A stretch of 64,000 bases of DNA from positions 46,500,001-46,564,000 of the forward strand of contig OX597818.1 in assembly GCA_951406725.2 (NCBI GenBank), written 5' to 3'. Below the pieces are notes generated by a model. It saw nothing but the letters and a program-made list of their open reading frames with translations, was not told where the DNA came from and made no database searches. Below are positions 27,766 to 41,261 of this stretch, piece by piece. This DNA comes from Octopus vulgaris (Eukaryota). Position 1 is the first letter of the stretch, and every line of letters starts with the position of its first letter. Made by a program: the position numbers and the translations under genes.

Positions 27766-28188
27766 AACCATGTGGTTTGTAAGCAAGCAACTTACCACAG
27801 AGCCACTCCTACGCCTAATTTAAAAAGACTCAGCAGAAATTCGCCATTACTTTCTGCCGGAGCGGCGTGGAGCTTAGGTGTTTCGCTCATAAACACACAC
27901 ATCGCCCGGTCTGAGATTCGAACCCGCTCTAACGACTAGGCCATGTGCCTTCACAAATTTTTCGTCTCCTTACGTACATAAAATAGTAACGTATGATTTG
28001 TGGAGGCACATGGCCTAGTCGTTAGAGCGGGTTCGAATCTCAGACCGGGCGATGTGTGTGTTTATGAGCGAAACACCTAAGCTCCACGCGGCTCCGGCAG
28101 AAAGTAATGGCGAATTTCTGCTGAGTCTTTTTAAATTAGGCGTAGGAGTGGCTCTGTGGTAAGTTGCTTGCTTACAAACCACATGGTT
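27766..28188. repeat. near-perfect inverted repeat, 193-bp arms, 37-bp spacer
   Basis: 27766-27958 is the reverse complement of 27996-28188 with about 2 mismatches. Confidence 0.95.
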
Positions 28189-28319
28189 CCGGGTTCAGTC
28201 CCACTGCATGGCACCTTGGGCAAGTGTCTTCTACTATAGCCTCGGGCCGACCAAAGCCTTGTGAGTGGATTTGGTAGACGGAAACTGAAAAAAGCCCGTC
28301 GTATATATATATGTGTATC

Positions 28320-28418
<99 letters not shown>

Positions 28419-28628
28419 TTGTGTGTCTGTGTTTGTTCCCCAACATCGCTTGACAACCGATGCTGGTGTGTTTACGTCCCCGTAACTTAGCGGTTCGGCA
28501 AAAGAGACCGATAGAATAAGTACTAGGCTTACAAAGAATAAGTCCTGGGGTCAATTTGCTCGACTAAAGGCGGTGCTCCAGCATGGCCACAGTCACATGA
28601 CTAAAACAAGTAAAAGAGTAAAAGAGTA
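28139..28628 (+). mobile_element. full family B SINE
   Basis: GGCGTAGGAGTGGCTCTGTGG head through the AAAAGAGT tail. Confidence 0.9.
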
Positions 28629-29362
28629 TATATTAAAAGAGTATATATATATAAGAGTATATATAAATACGAATGTATTTATTCGAAATACTCTTCTAAA
28701 CTTTTTTCCCCACTTTCACTGAAAAAAAAAAAGTCTCCTATCAATGAATTCAAATCAAGGAAATTTCGCCAATATATTTATCTGTTTGAGATTAAAGTGA
28801 TCCTGAACATATGTGAAAGTGCGATTTGGGTCACTTACTTGTTGGAATTTAAGCACCGAAATTTAAACTTCCTCGTCCACTGAGATAAACTATCTGCTAA
28901 ATATATCTCTATGTATTGAATTTCTGCTGTTAATGAATGCTAACTTGGCAACACTTTTACAGGACATGCGATGTTACATAAAATATTTAGTTTGTTCCTC
29001 AGCTTTTTCGTAAAATAGTCATAATATCCATTAGTAGACCTATAATTATCATCTTTCCGCGCTCTTCGTTCTAATTATTAGAGTTGGTGTGTCAAGCAGG
29101 TGGAAGGAAAAATCTTTGTCTTGTTGTACGGGTGTATGACTTCGTCGTCATGGCAGCCGGTGAAAGGGAGATGTTCCAGCTGTAATAACACACACAGACA
29201 CACACGTATGTTTATACATACTCATACATATTCACACACACACATCTATGCACGCACACACACACACACACACGCGCGCGCAGAGGTATACATACATGCA
29301 TATATAGATGCATGTGCGTATACGTATATATATATACATATATATATATATATACGTATACG

Positions 29363-29405
<43 letters not shown>

Positions 29406-29539
29406 TATATATTTGTGTTTGTGTATGTATTTGAGTTTCAGTGAGCTTATGTATGCGTTTCTGTATTCAAATCTGCAAATATATATGCGTGTATGTAATT
29501 ACATGTACTATATAGATGTAAATTCATGTAGTTATATAC

Positions 29540-29541
29540 AT

Positions 29542-29627
<86 letters not shown>

Positions 29628-29685
29628 GTATGTATAGATATGTATATATATGTATATGTATATATATGTATGTATATATATATAT

Positions 29686-29719
<34 letters not shown>

Positions 29720-29750
29720 ATTATATGTATGTATGATATGTATATATATG

Positions 29751-29799
<49 letters not shown>

Positions 29800-30137
29800 A
29801 TGTGTATATATATGTATATATATGTATATATATGTATATATTGTATATATGTATATATATGTATATATATGTATATATATATATATATATATGTGTGTAT
29901 ATATATTTGTATATATGTATGTATGTATATATGTGTATATATATATATGTATATATATATATGTATGTATATATGTGTATATATATTTGTATATATGTAT
30001 GTATGTATATATATATGTATATATATATATGTATGTATATATATATATATATGTATATATATATGTGTTTGTGTATATATATATGTATATACATATATAT
30101 GTATATATATATGTGTTTGTGTATATATATATGTGTG

Positions 30138-30168
<31 letters not shown>

Positions 30169-30247
30169 GAGTGTGTGTATATATATATGTACATATATAT
30201 GTGTGTATATATATGTATATGTCTGTGTGTGCGTGTATATATATATA
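29540..30247. repeat. degenerate (TA)n/(TATG)n field
   Basis: Low-complexity sequence. Confidence 0.95.
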
Positions 30248-30859
30248 CTTGCATTTTTTCTTAGACGATGGAATACATCACAACCCTTATGATGGTCGCC
30301 GATCATTTGCAGAGAAATGCACCATCTGTGCATCATCATGCAAGGAAATACGCCATATATCCTTATAGCAACCGTAAGAGACTATGTGCACATTTTCCTT
30401 CTTCTTTTCTCCTCTTCTAGCTTTGGATTCTCTCTACGATGACCAGCTTTAGCTAATGCGAATATTTCAGACTTACCGCGTAACTGTTCCGGGGGAATAC
30501 TAGTGTATTCCATAACCACCATTAACATTCCTCAACTGATCTTTTATCGATCTCTTGTGATCTAGACTACTATAACATTCAATTTCACCCTGAATGTTTG
30601 AATATATAAATGTTGTAATCTGATTTGATGGCAGTTACTTGCTTGTTTATATGTTTATTTTGTTGTATACATAAATATATCGATATATAGATGATTGTGT
30701 ATTTGTGTGAATATATGCGTGTATACAATATGATTCAATGGACAAAAAATGTTGGATGTTACTAAATGATGGAGAGTTTTAGCGCGTGCACTTTGGAAAA
30801 GGGACACGTTCTCTTTCCTATCGAAAGCTTCTCATAGCGACAAATATTGGTGTAAATTT

Positions 30860-31242
30860 TGATACAAAGCCAACAATTTTGGGGAAGGCTGCAAGTTGAT
30901 TAGATCAACCCCATTGTTCAACCGGTACTTAATCTATTGACCCCAAAAGGATGAAAGGCGAAGTCGACCTCGGCGGAATTTGAACTCAGAACGTAGCGGC
31001 AGACGAAATACCTGTTTCTTTATTACCCGCAAGGGGCTAAACATAGAGGGGACAAACAAGGACAGACAAACGGATTAAGTCGATTATATCGACCCCAGTG
31101 CGTAACTGGTACTTAATTAATCGACCCCGAAAAGATGAAAGGCAAAGTCGACCTAGACGGAATTTGAACTCAGAACGTAGCAGCAGATGAAATACCGCTA
31201 AGCATTTCGCCCGGCGTGCTAACGTCTCTGCCAACTCGCCGC
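30860..31242 (-). mobile_element. family A SINE dimer
   Basis: Head near 31242; junction GACGAAATACCTGTTTCTT near 31002-31020. Confidence 0.88.
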
Positions 31243-31358
31243 CATCATGGCATCAAATATTATGAGACTTAGATGTAACTGTGGACAACACTATAAGCTG
31301 GAGCGCACAAAACAATAATGAAGTCGATATGGTCAGTATGTTGTGCTCATGGATTACG

Positions 31359-31769
31359 CTTTTACTCTTTTACTTGTTTCAGTCATTTGACTGCGGTCAT
31401 TCTGGAGCACCGCCTTTAGTCGAGCTAATCGACCCCAAGACTCCTTCTTTGTAAGCCTACTACTTATTATTTCGGTTTCTTTTGCCGAACCGCTAAGTTA
31501 CGGGGACGTAAACACGCCAGCATCGGTTGTCAAGCGATGTTGGGGGGGGGGAACACAGACACACAAACATATACACACACATACATATATATATATACAT
31601 ATATACGACGGGATTCTTTCAGTTTCCGTCTACCAAATCCACTCACAAGGCTTTGGCCGGCCCGAGGCTATAGTAGAAGACACTTGGCCAAGGTGCCACG
31701 CAGTGGTACTGAACCCAGAACCATGTGGTTGGTAAGCAAGCTACATACCACACAGCCACTCCTGCGCCT
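31359..31769 (-). mobile_element. family B SINE
   Basis: Full reverse-complement copy. Confidence 0.88.
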
Positions 31770-31771
31770 AA

Positions 31772-32250
31772 CTCTTTATTATTCGTAAGTTTTTTCCGTC
31801 TAGATTTATATTTTCAGCATTTTAATTTCTTCAAAGTTTACTGCCTCAAACGCTTTTTGTATAATTAATGAAACATCGGTACAGGTCTTATTGTACTTTA
31901 ATTGCTCTTTCAATGGTGTATCTCAGAATGTACACAGCATTAGCTGTTCTTTTTCCCCTCAACAAATTCCCGTTATGACTTTCATATCTCAAGTTTGATT
32001 CTATTTCTGGATCTGAGTATTATGGCTCGCAACTATATTTTTGTAATATGACTCATAAGTCTGGTAGCTCTGTGTAGCTCACATTCTATTGCTCCAGGTT
32101 TTGGAAGAGGGGTGCAACAAAGATTGATTTGGACATTTCTTCTGGAATCTCCTGCTTCGTCCATGTCATTGAACGGGTTTGTTATTTTATCAATTCCAAA
32201 GGTGTCTAGTATCACAATCATCTCTGTAGGAATATTTTCTGGTCTAGACA
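31772..32250 (-). pseudogene. RTE-clade LINE reverse transcriptase fragment
   Basis: PENIPTEMI...PKPGAIECELHRATRLMSHITKI, then FVEGKRTANAVYILRYTIERAIKVQ*DLYRCFINYTKA: N-terminal RT subdomains with stops and frameshifts. Confidence 0.85.
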
Positions 32251-32605
32251 CTATACTCTTATATATACAAAATAATGGCTCTCCTCTCCTATTTGCAACC
32301 TTAACGCGCTCCCTCTTCTTCTTCTTCTTCTTCTTCTTCTTCTTCTTCTTCTTCTTCTTCTTCTTCTTCTTCTTCTTCTTCTTCTTCTTCTTCTTCTTCT
32401 TCTTCTTCTTCTTCTTCTTCTTCTTCTTCTTCATTTAGCTTTGTATATATTCCTATCTACTGACCCGTTGTCAATCGTAATTCTTATATTTCATTATCAA
32501 TCATACATCAAACCCAGTTACTCATAGAAAGACCTAGCTACATAAGCAGTAGAAAGTAACCTACAACAGCGATGTCACTATATATATATATTCATATATA
32601 TACAT

Positions 32606-32680
<75 letters not shown>

Positions 32681-32744
32681 GTGAAGCACAGAGAGAGAGA
32701 GACAGAGAGAAAGAGTGTGAGGGAGAGAGAGGTAGGTAGGTAGG

Positions 32745-32825
<81 letters not shown>

Positions 32826-32879
32826 TGTGTATCTGTCTGTGTGTCTCTGTGTGAGTGTGCGCTACTGCATTGTCGTATA

Positions 32880-33310
32880 TTTATTTAGTATCCTACCGCT
32901 GTAACATCTGCCCCTTCGTCTAAAACATCCCCAACCTACACAGACCTAATTCTTTATTCCATGCTTTTGGCTTTTTTCAACTCTACCCTCAATAGCATTG
33001 GTTACTGTACCACATACCGGTTCTGGGACTTGCTGTTTTTCGGTAAAAAACCCCCATCTGAAATTTGTACACCATTTTAGGGAACACATTAGGGAACACA
33101 TTTTAGACGTCCGACGTAGCCGCACTGGATCGCTCCGACCTGTAGTTCGGTTTCAGCTCTCCTAGAAACACCTATCTACATTAATCTGTCTGCAGTTTTT
33201 TTTTTTACACTATGAACCAGAAATATCATGCTGACACAGCGAGCAACAGTCAATCTTCTGTTGACACACAACTCACCTAGTATTAATAATCGCTTTGTTT
33301 TCATTTTAGC
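32880..33310 (+). pseudogene. Penelope-like element GIY-YIG endonuclease remnant
   Basis: SIGYCTTYRFWDLLFFG (eroded IVYCITC..C.LLYIG), FREH..DVRR..PV and EQQSIF...INNRFVF motifs across frameshifts. Confidence 0.6.
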
Positions 33311-33407
33311 AAGTCTGCATCCTTAATCCTCCTACAATATTAAACACCCTCCTTTTCACGAAACATTCCCCATCTCCTCACACACACACACAGACAGACA
33401 GACACAC

Positions 33408-34087
33408 ACTACCTATCCATCATATACATTCCATTTTGCCGTACATTATCTACGTAGCAGAAAGCACATATTTATGCGCATGCATGCTCATATACACTGC
33501 GCTAGATACGCATTCACAGTCATATACACATTCGCCTTCACACACATATATAAAACATATTTCCTTACCTTAGCTCTTGGCTCTATAACACATGCATACA
33601 TGATGTTCGTTCATTTGCTCGGTAGGTTTTACGTCCGTTTTCTCTGCTGACATGGGTTGGACGAAGCTTGTTCAGATACTTTTTTTTACGGATACTCTTC
33701 ATGTCGCGAACTATTACTTGTATTTTGCTTCTTTCCACTGGTTTTACACGCTACATATCCATCATACACATTCCATTTTGCCGTACATCATCTACGTAGC
33801 AGAAAGCACATATTTATACGCATGCATACTCATATACACTGCGCTAGATACGCATTCACAGTCATATACACATTCGCCTTCACACACATATAAAACATAT
33901 TCCCTTACCTTAGCTCTTGGCTCTATAACACATGCATACATGATGTTCGTTCATTTGTTCGGTAGGTTTTACGTCCGTTTTCTCTGCTGACATGGGTTGG
34001 ACGAAGCTTGTTCAGATACTTTTTTTTTACGGATACTCTTCATGTCGCGAACTATTACTTGTATTTTGCTTCTTTCCACTGGTTTTA
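33408..34087. repeat. recent direct tandem duplication, ~340 bp x2
   Basis: ACGAAGCTTG at 33661 and 34001; near-identical copies. Confidence 0.95.
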
Positions 34088-34521
34088 ACTCGTCGAAACC
34101 TGAAAGGATGAGACCTTTGCTTACTGGAGAATGCTAACAAAAGCTCTTTCTTTTATTTTTGTTTTTTCTCCGCTCTCTCCTACTTATTTTTCTTATCTGA
34201 AAACACTCTTTTCGCTGTAAATATAGCCATTCCATTCTACTCACTTCTCTTGCTCGTTTCATTTCTCTTTGCGTCTCTTATCGTAAACACAATAGTCACA
34301 AAACTTTCCTTTATTTTTTTCTTCTTCTGTGCTATTCTATTCTATTCTATTCTATTCTATTTATTTATTGACGAAAGATCACTGTCCAAAATATTCCTTG
34401 ACCTCTTCTTTCTCTGATTCTTCCATATAGCAAAAAAACAATTATCTTGTTATCTTTTCTTTCTTTTAAATGATTTGTTGTTTTTGCTTCATGAAAGTCT
34501 TTTGGATATTTCATCGCAAAC

Positions 34522-34564
<43 letters not shown>

Positions 34565-34566
<2 letters not shown>

Positions 34567-35235
34567 TGCCCTGAGGCAGTACCAGGCAGTAGCTCTCGTG
34601 GCTTCTGATCTTAACTGATTGGAAGTGCTATTATGTACATTGTTTGTCTTGGTATATAAGATGGGCTATAGCAAATATTCTGTTCAATACCACAATGCCC
34701 TGATACAGTACCAGAGGCTTCTGATCTTGACTGATTGGAAGTGTTATCATGTACATTGTTGTCTTGGTATAAAAGATGGGCAACAGCAAATATTCTGCTC
34801 AATACCATAGACTTGCTTGTTAGTTGTTTGATCTTAACCAGTTGAGCATGTCCCTTAGTGGCTGATGATATGTGCATCTCTGATCACGAGCAGAAGTAGA
34901 GGGGGAGCATCATAGCCATGTGTTGAGAGGAGTTCTTTGGGGTTTGGATAATTCACCCCTGGAAACATAGGTGTTTTGTTCAGCATCTTTAAACAACTCT
35001 TATTCGCGGACCTCATGAGCGAGATGGGTTACTCGATCAGAAGAAAATTCTAACTGTGTCCCACCTGCAAGGTCATGTACTGTTTATCTTGATATGAGAT
35101 CACCATGTCGCGCACATATGGTTGTGATGCATGTGCCTGGTGTACCTTATCAGACGGGTAGTCATGATGGGTATACTGGGCTTCGTATATTTTACCCCAG
35201 TGTCACTTTGATGGCATGCACTGCTCTCTCACTCA

Positions 35236-35236
<1 letters not shown>
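34565..35236 (+). mobile_element. interspersed repeat inserted in (AAT)n, with a ~128-bp internal duplication; probable retroposon 3' region
   Basis: AAT runs on both sides; AATGCCCTGA...CAATACCA repeated at about 34565 and 34693. Confidence 0.55.
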
Positions 35237-35302
<66 letters not shown>

Positions 35303-35512
35303 TCCTTTCTACTGAATGTACAAGGCCTGAAATTTTGGGTGTGAGGATTTATCGGTTACATCGACCCCAATGTTTTACTGGTGCATAATTTATCGACCCC
35401 GAAACGAGGAAAGGCAAAGCCGACTTCGGCGGAATTTGAACTCAGAACGTCGCGACGGGCGAAATACCGCTAAGCATTTCATCTAGACTACTAATGATCC
35501 TGTTTACTCGCC

Positions 35513-35581
<69 letters not shown>

Positions 35582-35808
35582 AAGAAGAAGAAGAAGGCGA
35601 GCTGGCAGAAACGTTAGCACGCCGGGCGAAATGCGTAGCGGCATTTCATCTGTCTTTACGTTCTGAGTTCAAATTCCACCGAGGTCGACTTTGCCTTTCA
35701 TCATTTTGGTGTCGATAAATTAAATACCAGTTGCGTACTGGGGTCGATCTAATCGACTGGCCCCCTCCCCCAAAATTTCGGACCTTGTGCCTAGAATAAA
35801 AAAGAATA
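35303..35808. mobile_element. divergently oriented pair of family A SINEs
   Basis: Minus copy ~35303-35512 and plus copy ~35595-35808, separated by (AAT)n(AAG)n. Confidence 0.85.
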
Positions 35809-36305
35809 ATAAGTGCTAAATTTATCTCTAATTTGGGCCCGAGTTAAAGAAGGAAGTCGTCTGGCTTCGTCAGAGTGATCATAAATAAATAATGATCAGA
35901 AATTATCTCGTAAATAACTGAGCTTTCGTTATGAAAATGCTGCACTGTGATCGAAAGAAAGGCTGTCAATTGATAAAAATGCTCGCTGTTACCTTTGGGT
36001 CAGAAGATGTGAGACAGTGTCAAAATCATCATCATTATCATCATCAGCACTGTCAACGTCGTCGTCGTCATCATATGTGTGTTGTGTGCGTGGAAAGTTC
36101 CATATATTATTTTTTGAATACTTCTAAGAGCTTTATATGTACGAAACCAATAGTCACTATTTTACTGGCCATGACTTTTGACTTCCCCAAAAATATATTA
36201 CTGCTCTGTTTTAGAGTGTGTTTCTTTTTTAGATATATGAACCACAGACAATGAGAGTGTGTGTGTGTGTGTGTATGTGTATATATATATGTGTGTATGT
36301 ATAGA

Positions 36306-36517
36306 GGCGGCGAGCTGGCAGAAACGTTAGCGCGCCGGGCGAAATGCTTAGCGGTTGCGTTCTGAGTTCAAATTCCGCCGAGGTCGACTTTGCCTTTCAT
36401 CCTCTCGGGATCGATAAATAAAGTACCAGTTTCGCACTGGGGTCGATGTAATCGACTTAATCCCTTTGTCCTTGTTTGTCCCCTCTATGTTTAGCCCCTT
36501 GTGGGTAGTAAAGAAAT
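36306..36517 (+). mobile_element. family A SINE
   Basis: Head to AAAGAAATA with a small internal deletion. Confidence 0.88.
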
Positions 36518-36552
36518 ATATATATGTGTGTGTAAGTATGCATGTGAGTGTG

Positions 36553-36627
<75 letters not shown>

Positions 36628-37534
36628 AAGCAACATCACCAGCACCTGATTACAGTCACGTTGAGCTTATCTGTGTCAATATCTACAAATGTAAATTATC
36701 TCTATAAGAAACAGTGAACCGGTGCGAAGCTGGGGTGTAAATGCATGAATTGACGTCCCAAATCAGGTCATTTGATGCTGGAAGGTGTCAAATGTCTACT
36801 AGTTAGCAAAACTTTTGACTAATGACATTCGTAAAAATAGGATAAGCTTATGTGCAGAGAAGAGGATACAATCTAATGTTTTGTACAGGCTCTTCTTTGA
36901 AGAAGAAACTTTCTGTAAGCTTTATAGTGATATTGAATACATGATAATCATTGAGAGTACTTAATACCGTCGTCAGCGCAGTAGGAGTGAGGTGACTCGT
37001 AATTTAGGAAGATAAATAGATGCTCGCGTATGTATACTGTACTAGATCGTTTGATAGTTAACTTTTGTAACAGAAATTATCGGGGAAGTACGAATGTTAA
37101 GATACACGAAGGAAAAAATAAGATTGCGAAGTATGATTATATCTCAGTAACATTGTTTACTTTATTGGATGACATGTAAAGTAAGAAGTTTGATATGCGA
37201 GGTTCTTCAGGGATTCTGGTATTACTGGCTCTTCACAAACATAAAGCTACAGAGAGATTGTTGACTCCATCAGGTTATTCTGACGTAATCTTTGTTGAAT
37301 GTCAGCTAGTTTGTGTTTTGAATTTTTCTCTTTGTCTTAACTGATTTCTCAAGAAATATATTCCAGAAACAAGGGCGCCAAGTTAAGTTCGAGTGCTTTC
37401 TATTTATTGTAAATCTCATGCGTCATCGATAACGATTTTATATATGTATGTATATGCATATACATACACACATATATATAAACGTATATATATAAACGTA
37501 TATATATATATACATAGATACAACACACACACAC

Positions 37535-37576
<42 letters not shown>

Positions 37577-37585
37577 CATATATAT

Positions 37586-37679
<94 letters not shown>

Positions 37680-37783
37680 CATATATATATATACATACAT
37701 ATATATATATATAGTTAATCCAAACAAGAAAGCACCAAAAAACACAACGCAAGGACGTTGAACAAATATAGTATTATTGGACG

Positions 37784-37825
<42 letters not shown>

Positions 37826-37872
37826 TATATGTATGTATATAAACACACACGCACATACACACACACATATAT

Positions 37873-38118
37873 AAGTATGATAAACATAATATGCAGTTTA
37901 TACTTTTTCCATTGTGGTTATTTGCATTCTCTGTAGTGGGTGTTCATAAGGAAATTGGATGCTGTTCCACTACATTTCTTCGGTTGAACACTTTATTAGA
38001 TTATGTTTACACTGATCAAATGCTATAAACACCCACTGCACAGGATGCAAATCGACACAATGGCAAAACGTACATAGGGAATAAATGGTATAAATAGCAT
38101 ATTGTGTTTATCATACTT
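37873..38118. repeat. imperfect inverted repeat (~90-105-bp arms)
   Basis: AAGTATGATAAACATAATATGC...GTAGTGGGTGTTCATA versus TATAAACACCCACTGC...GCATATTGTGTTTATCATACTT. Confidence 0.8.
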
Positions 38119-38272
38119 TTTGCTCTGTATATCATAACCGGTAATACTGTCAAATACGGTAGTAACCGCACCACTTTACTGCAAGTAGGCTAGATGATGA
38201 TACTCTACGTGGAGCTCTAAATTCATCAGTATCAGTTGTACATCTAACTGTACACACAGGAAAAACTATATA

Positions 38273-38425
38273 GTGGCTGTGTGGTAAGTAGCTTGCTTAC
38301 CAACCACATGGTTCCAGGTTCAGTCCCACTGCGTGGCACCTTGAGCAAGTATCTTCTACTATAGCTTCGAGCCGACCAAAGCCTTGTGAGTGGATTTGAT
38401 CGACGGAAACTGAAAGAAGCCCGTC

Positions 38426-38495
<70 letters not shown>

Positions 38496-38660
38496 CTTTA
38501 TTCTTTTACTTGTTTCAGTCATTTGATTGCGACCATGCTGGAGCACCGCCTTTAGTCGAACAAATCGACCCCAGGACTTATTCTTTGTAAAACTTGTACT
38601 TATTCTATCGGTCACTTTTGCCGAACTGCTAAGTTACGGAGACGTAAACACACCAACATC
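38273..38660. mobile_element. family B SINE halves in opposite orientation around (TA)n
   Basis: 5' half on plus (38273-38427), 3' half on minus (38494-38660). Confidence 0.85.
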
Positions 38661-38891
38661 TTCATTTCCATAGAATACAGACTATCAATCACTGAAGATG
38701 GTATTGGTGCAATAAACACATCTAGTGGCTAGTAGCAACTATTTTGTGTAAGTAGGAAAAATCTAAAGGTGTGACACGAGAATCGTAGAGGCGCACAAAC
38801 TACGCCAAGACACTTAGTTGAGGAAGGAGGTAAAACCTTCGATGCAAACCAGCACGAAAAGCTCAACACCATTTTCAGCCTGATTGAACTG

Positions 38892-39460
38892 CCAAGTGTC
38901 ACCCAATTGCTTGTGGAGGTGGATAAGAGAAGGTCCAAGTGTCACCGAACTGCTTGTGGAGGTGGATAAGAGAAAGCCCAAGTGTCACCCAACTGCTTGT
39001 GGAGGTGGATGTGAGAAGGCCCAAGTGTCACCCAACTGCTTGTGGAGGTGGATAAGAGAAAGCCCAAGTGTCACCCAACTTCTTGTGGAGGTGGATAAGA
39101 GAAGGCCCAAGTGTCACTCAACTGCTTGTGGAGGTGGATAAGAGAAGGCCCAAGTGTCACCCAACTGCTTGTGGAGGTGGATAAGAGAAGGCTTAAGTGT
39201 CACCCAACTGCTTGTGGAGGTGGATAAGAGAAGGTCCAAGTGTCACCCAACTGCTTGTGGAGGTGGATGTGAGAAGGCCCAAGTGTCACCCAACTGCTTG
39301 TGGAGGTGGATAAGAGAAGGCCCAAGTGTCACCCAACTGCTTGTGGAGGTGGATAAGAGAAGGCCCAAGTGTCACCCAACTGCTTGTGGAGGTGGATAAG
39401 AGAAGGCCTAAGTGTCACCCAACTGCTTGTGGGGGTGAATAAAAGAAGGCTTAAGTGTCA
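38892..39460. repeat. 43-bp minisatellite, ~13 copies
   Basis: Consensus CCAAGTGTCACCCAACTGCTTGTGGAGGTGGATAAGAGAAGGC; unit starts at 38892, 38935, 38978... Confidence 0.95.
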
Positions 39461-41043
39461 CATATGTGGTTCCATCAACACCCAAGGTCTTTCTCCATAT
39501 AACAAGTCAGAAAGGTGACCCGCACTTAAGTAACCCTATAATCCCCCAACAACAGCATCAACAACAGCAGCTACGATAGCAGCGGCAACACAATCAAGAG
39601 TAACGCCAATAGCTCCTATTACAACATCAGAAGCAACAACAGAATTACAGCAATAGAGACCCACAAACCTACCAACACAAAGAAAAGAAGCCTCCCAGCA
39701 GTGTCCTCTCTCTCTCTGCATAACGCATATTTATTCTTACCTCTGCGAACCGCTCAGATTCCGACATTTCCTTGATCGACAAGGTCGAGGCGAAAAACCA
39801 TTCGGAAGAATTTTGTGTCGGTGTAAAAAGAAAGATCGGGGCAAAAGTTAGCTGCCTCAAGCTGAAAGCCAAACAATTCGACAAGCCCGAAGAGAACTTG
39901 TCAACTAGCCACGTATATACTCAACCCACCATCATCACTACAACATCAACAACAGCTAAACTCGTAACCACTCCACAAACAAACGCAACAGCGGGGAACT
40001 ATACAAACACAACTAGAATTACAGCAATAAAATTCAGCAATGCTAACAGTCCAACACACAAAAACCAATGTTTATCAACATCACTGTTGTGAATAAAAAC
40101 AGTTTGTGAATTTCATGGAAGGAAATGCACATAAAACACTGATATGGGAGGAATTAAGATGATCATTTCCAAATCATCACTAAATAAATTTTTGTTGAGA
40201 GCATCAAGAGTGGTTTATTTATACCTAAGGTTAAAAATGTTCCGGAATAGAACAGACAAAACCATTTATAAAAGACCGTTCAAGCAGTCTCTATATACCA
40301 AGAAAATAGGATTATCTGTCCTTCTCCAAGACCAAGGTAAATAACCACCCCTCACTTTCTATTCTAGAACCAACACGACCACCATATTCAGAAGAATGTT
40401 GTATATATACATGTGTCAAAAGTCGGCTAGAAGGAAGGTCACGTACTCAACGCTCTCATATCACTAGAAATAGATGCAATAGCAACCAGCAATATCACAA
40501 GATGCGTACTACAAGGCATACGTATCTTGTGGTGGACCAGTAATGGGTGGCTGATAGCAGTGTTGTTTTAAAATGACTCGTATTTAGAGGCATGGACCAT
40601 CTTCCTGGACACAAGCGATATGCTTAGGGTACTGGATGTTAGCTGTATCGTTTATGCTGAAACTGGGGTAACTCTAACAGATCTTTTTCAGGCGTTTAGA
40701 AGTGTTTCGGCAGCATGGTTGGCAGATAGAAGAGGGCAGTATAAAAGCTTCGAAAATCTATTCAGACAATTTCAACTCTCTGATATATGCCTAAATGTGT
40801 TCTCGAATGTACTACTATTAACGGTGAACAAATGTGTCTCCTTGATAACATATTTTTTATGCCAATGGATAAAGGCTGTGTTGGATGTACGCTATTTTCA
40901 CCTCTCGGCTTTAAGGCCAGTAATTTGTCACTAATACAGTCGACCTAAACAGAAAGCAGAGATGGTTATGGAAAGCTGAATGCGCCGCTCCTGGTCCATT
41001 AGCTTTGGCGATAGGATTAACGAATTATTATTAAATTATTAAA

Positions 41044-41258
41044 GTGGTGTATTGGCAGAATCATTAGCAAGTCGGAGAAAACACTTAGTGGCATTCTGTC
41101 CGTCTTCACCTTCTGAGTTTAAATTCCACCGAGGTCGAGTTCGCCTTTCATCCTTTCGGGGTCTATAAAATAAGTACCAAGTGAGTCCTGGAATCGATGT
41201 AATCGACTAGCTCCTTCTCCACCAAAACTTTCAAGCCTTGTGCCTATAGTAGAAAGGA
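41044..41258 (+). mobile_element. diverged family A SINE
   Basis: GCCTTTCATCCTTTCGGGGTC motif. Confidence 0.8.
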
Positions 41259-41261
41259 TTG

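Noticed and set aside
38892-39460. Possible CRISPR array
   Set aside because: Units are contiguous with no unique spacers, no cas genes, and the context is eukaryotic
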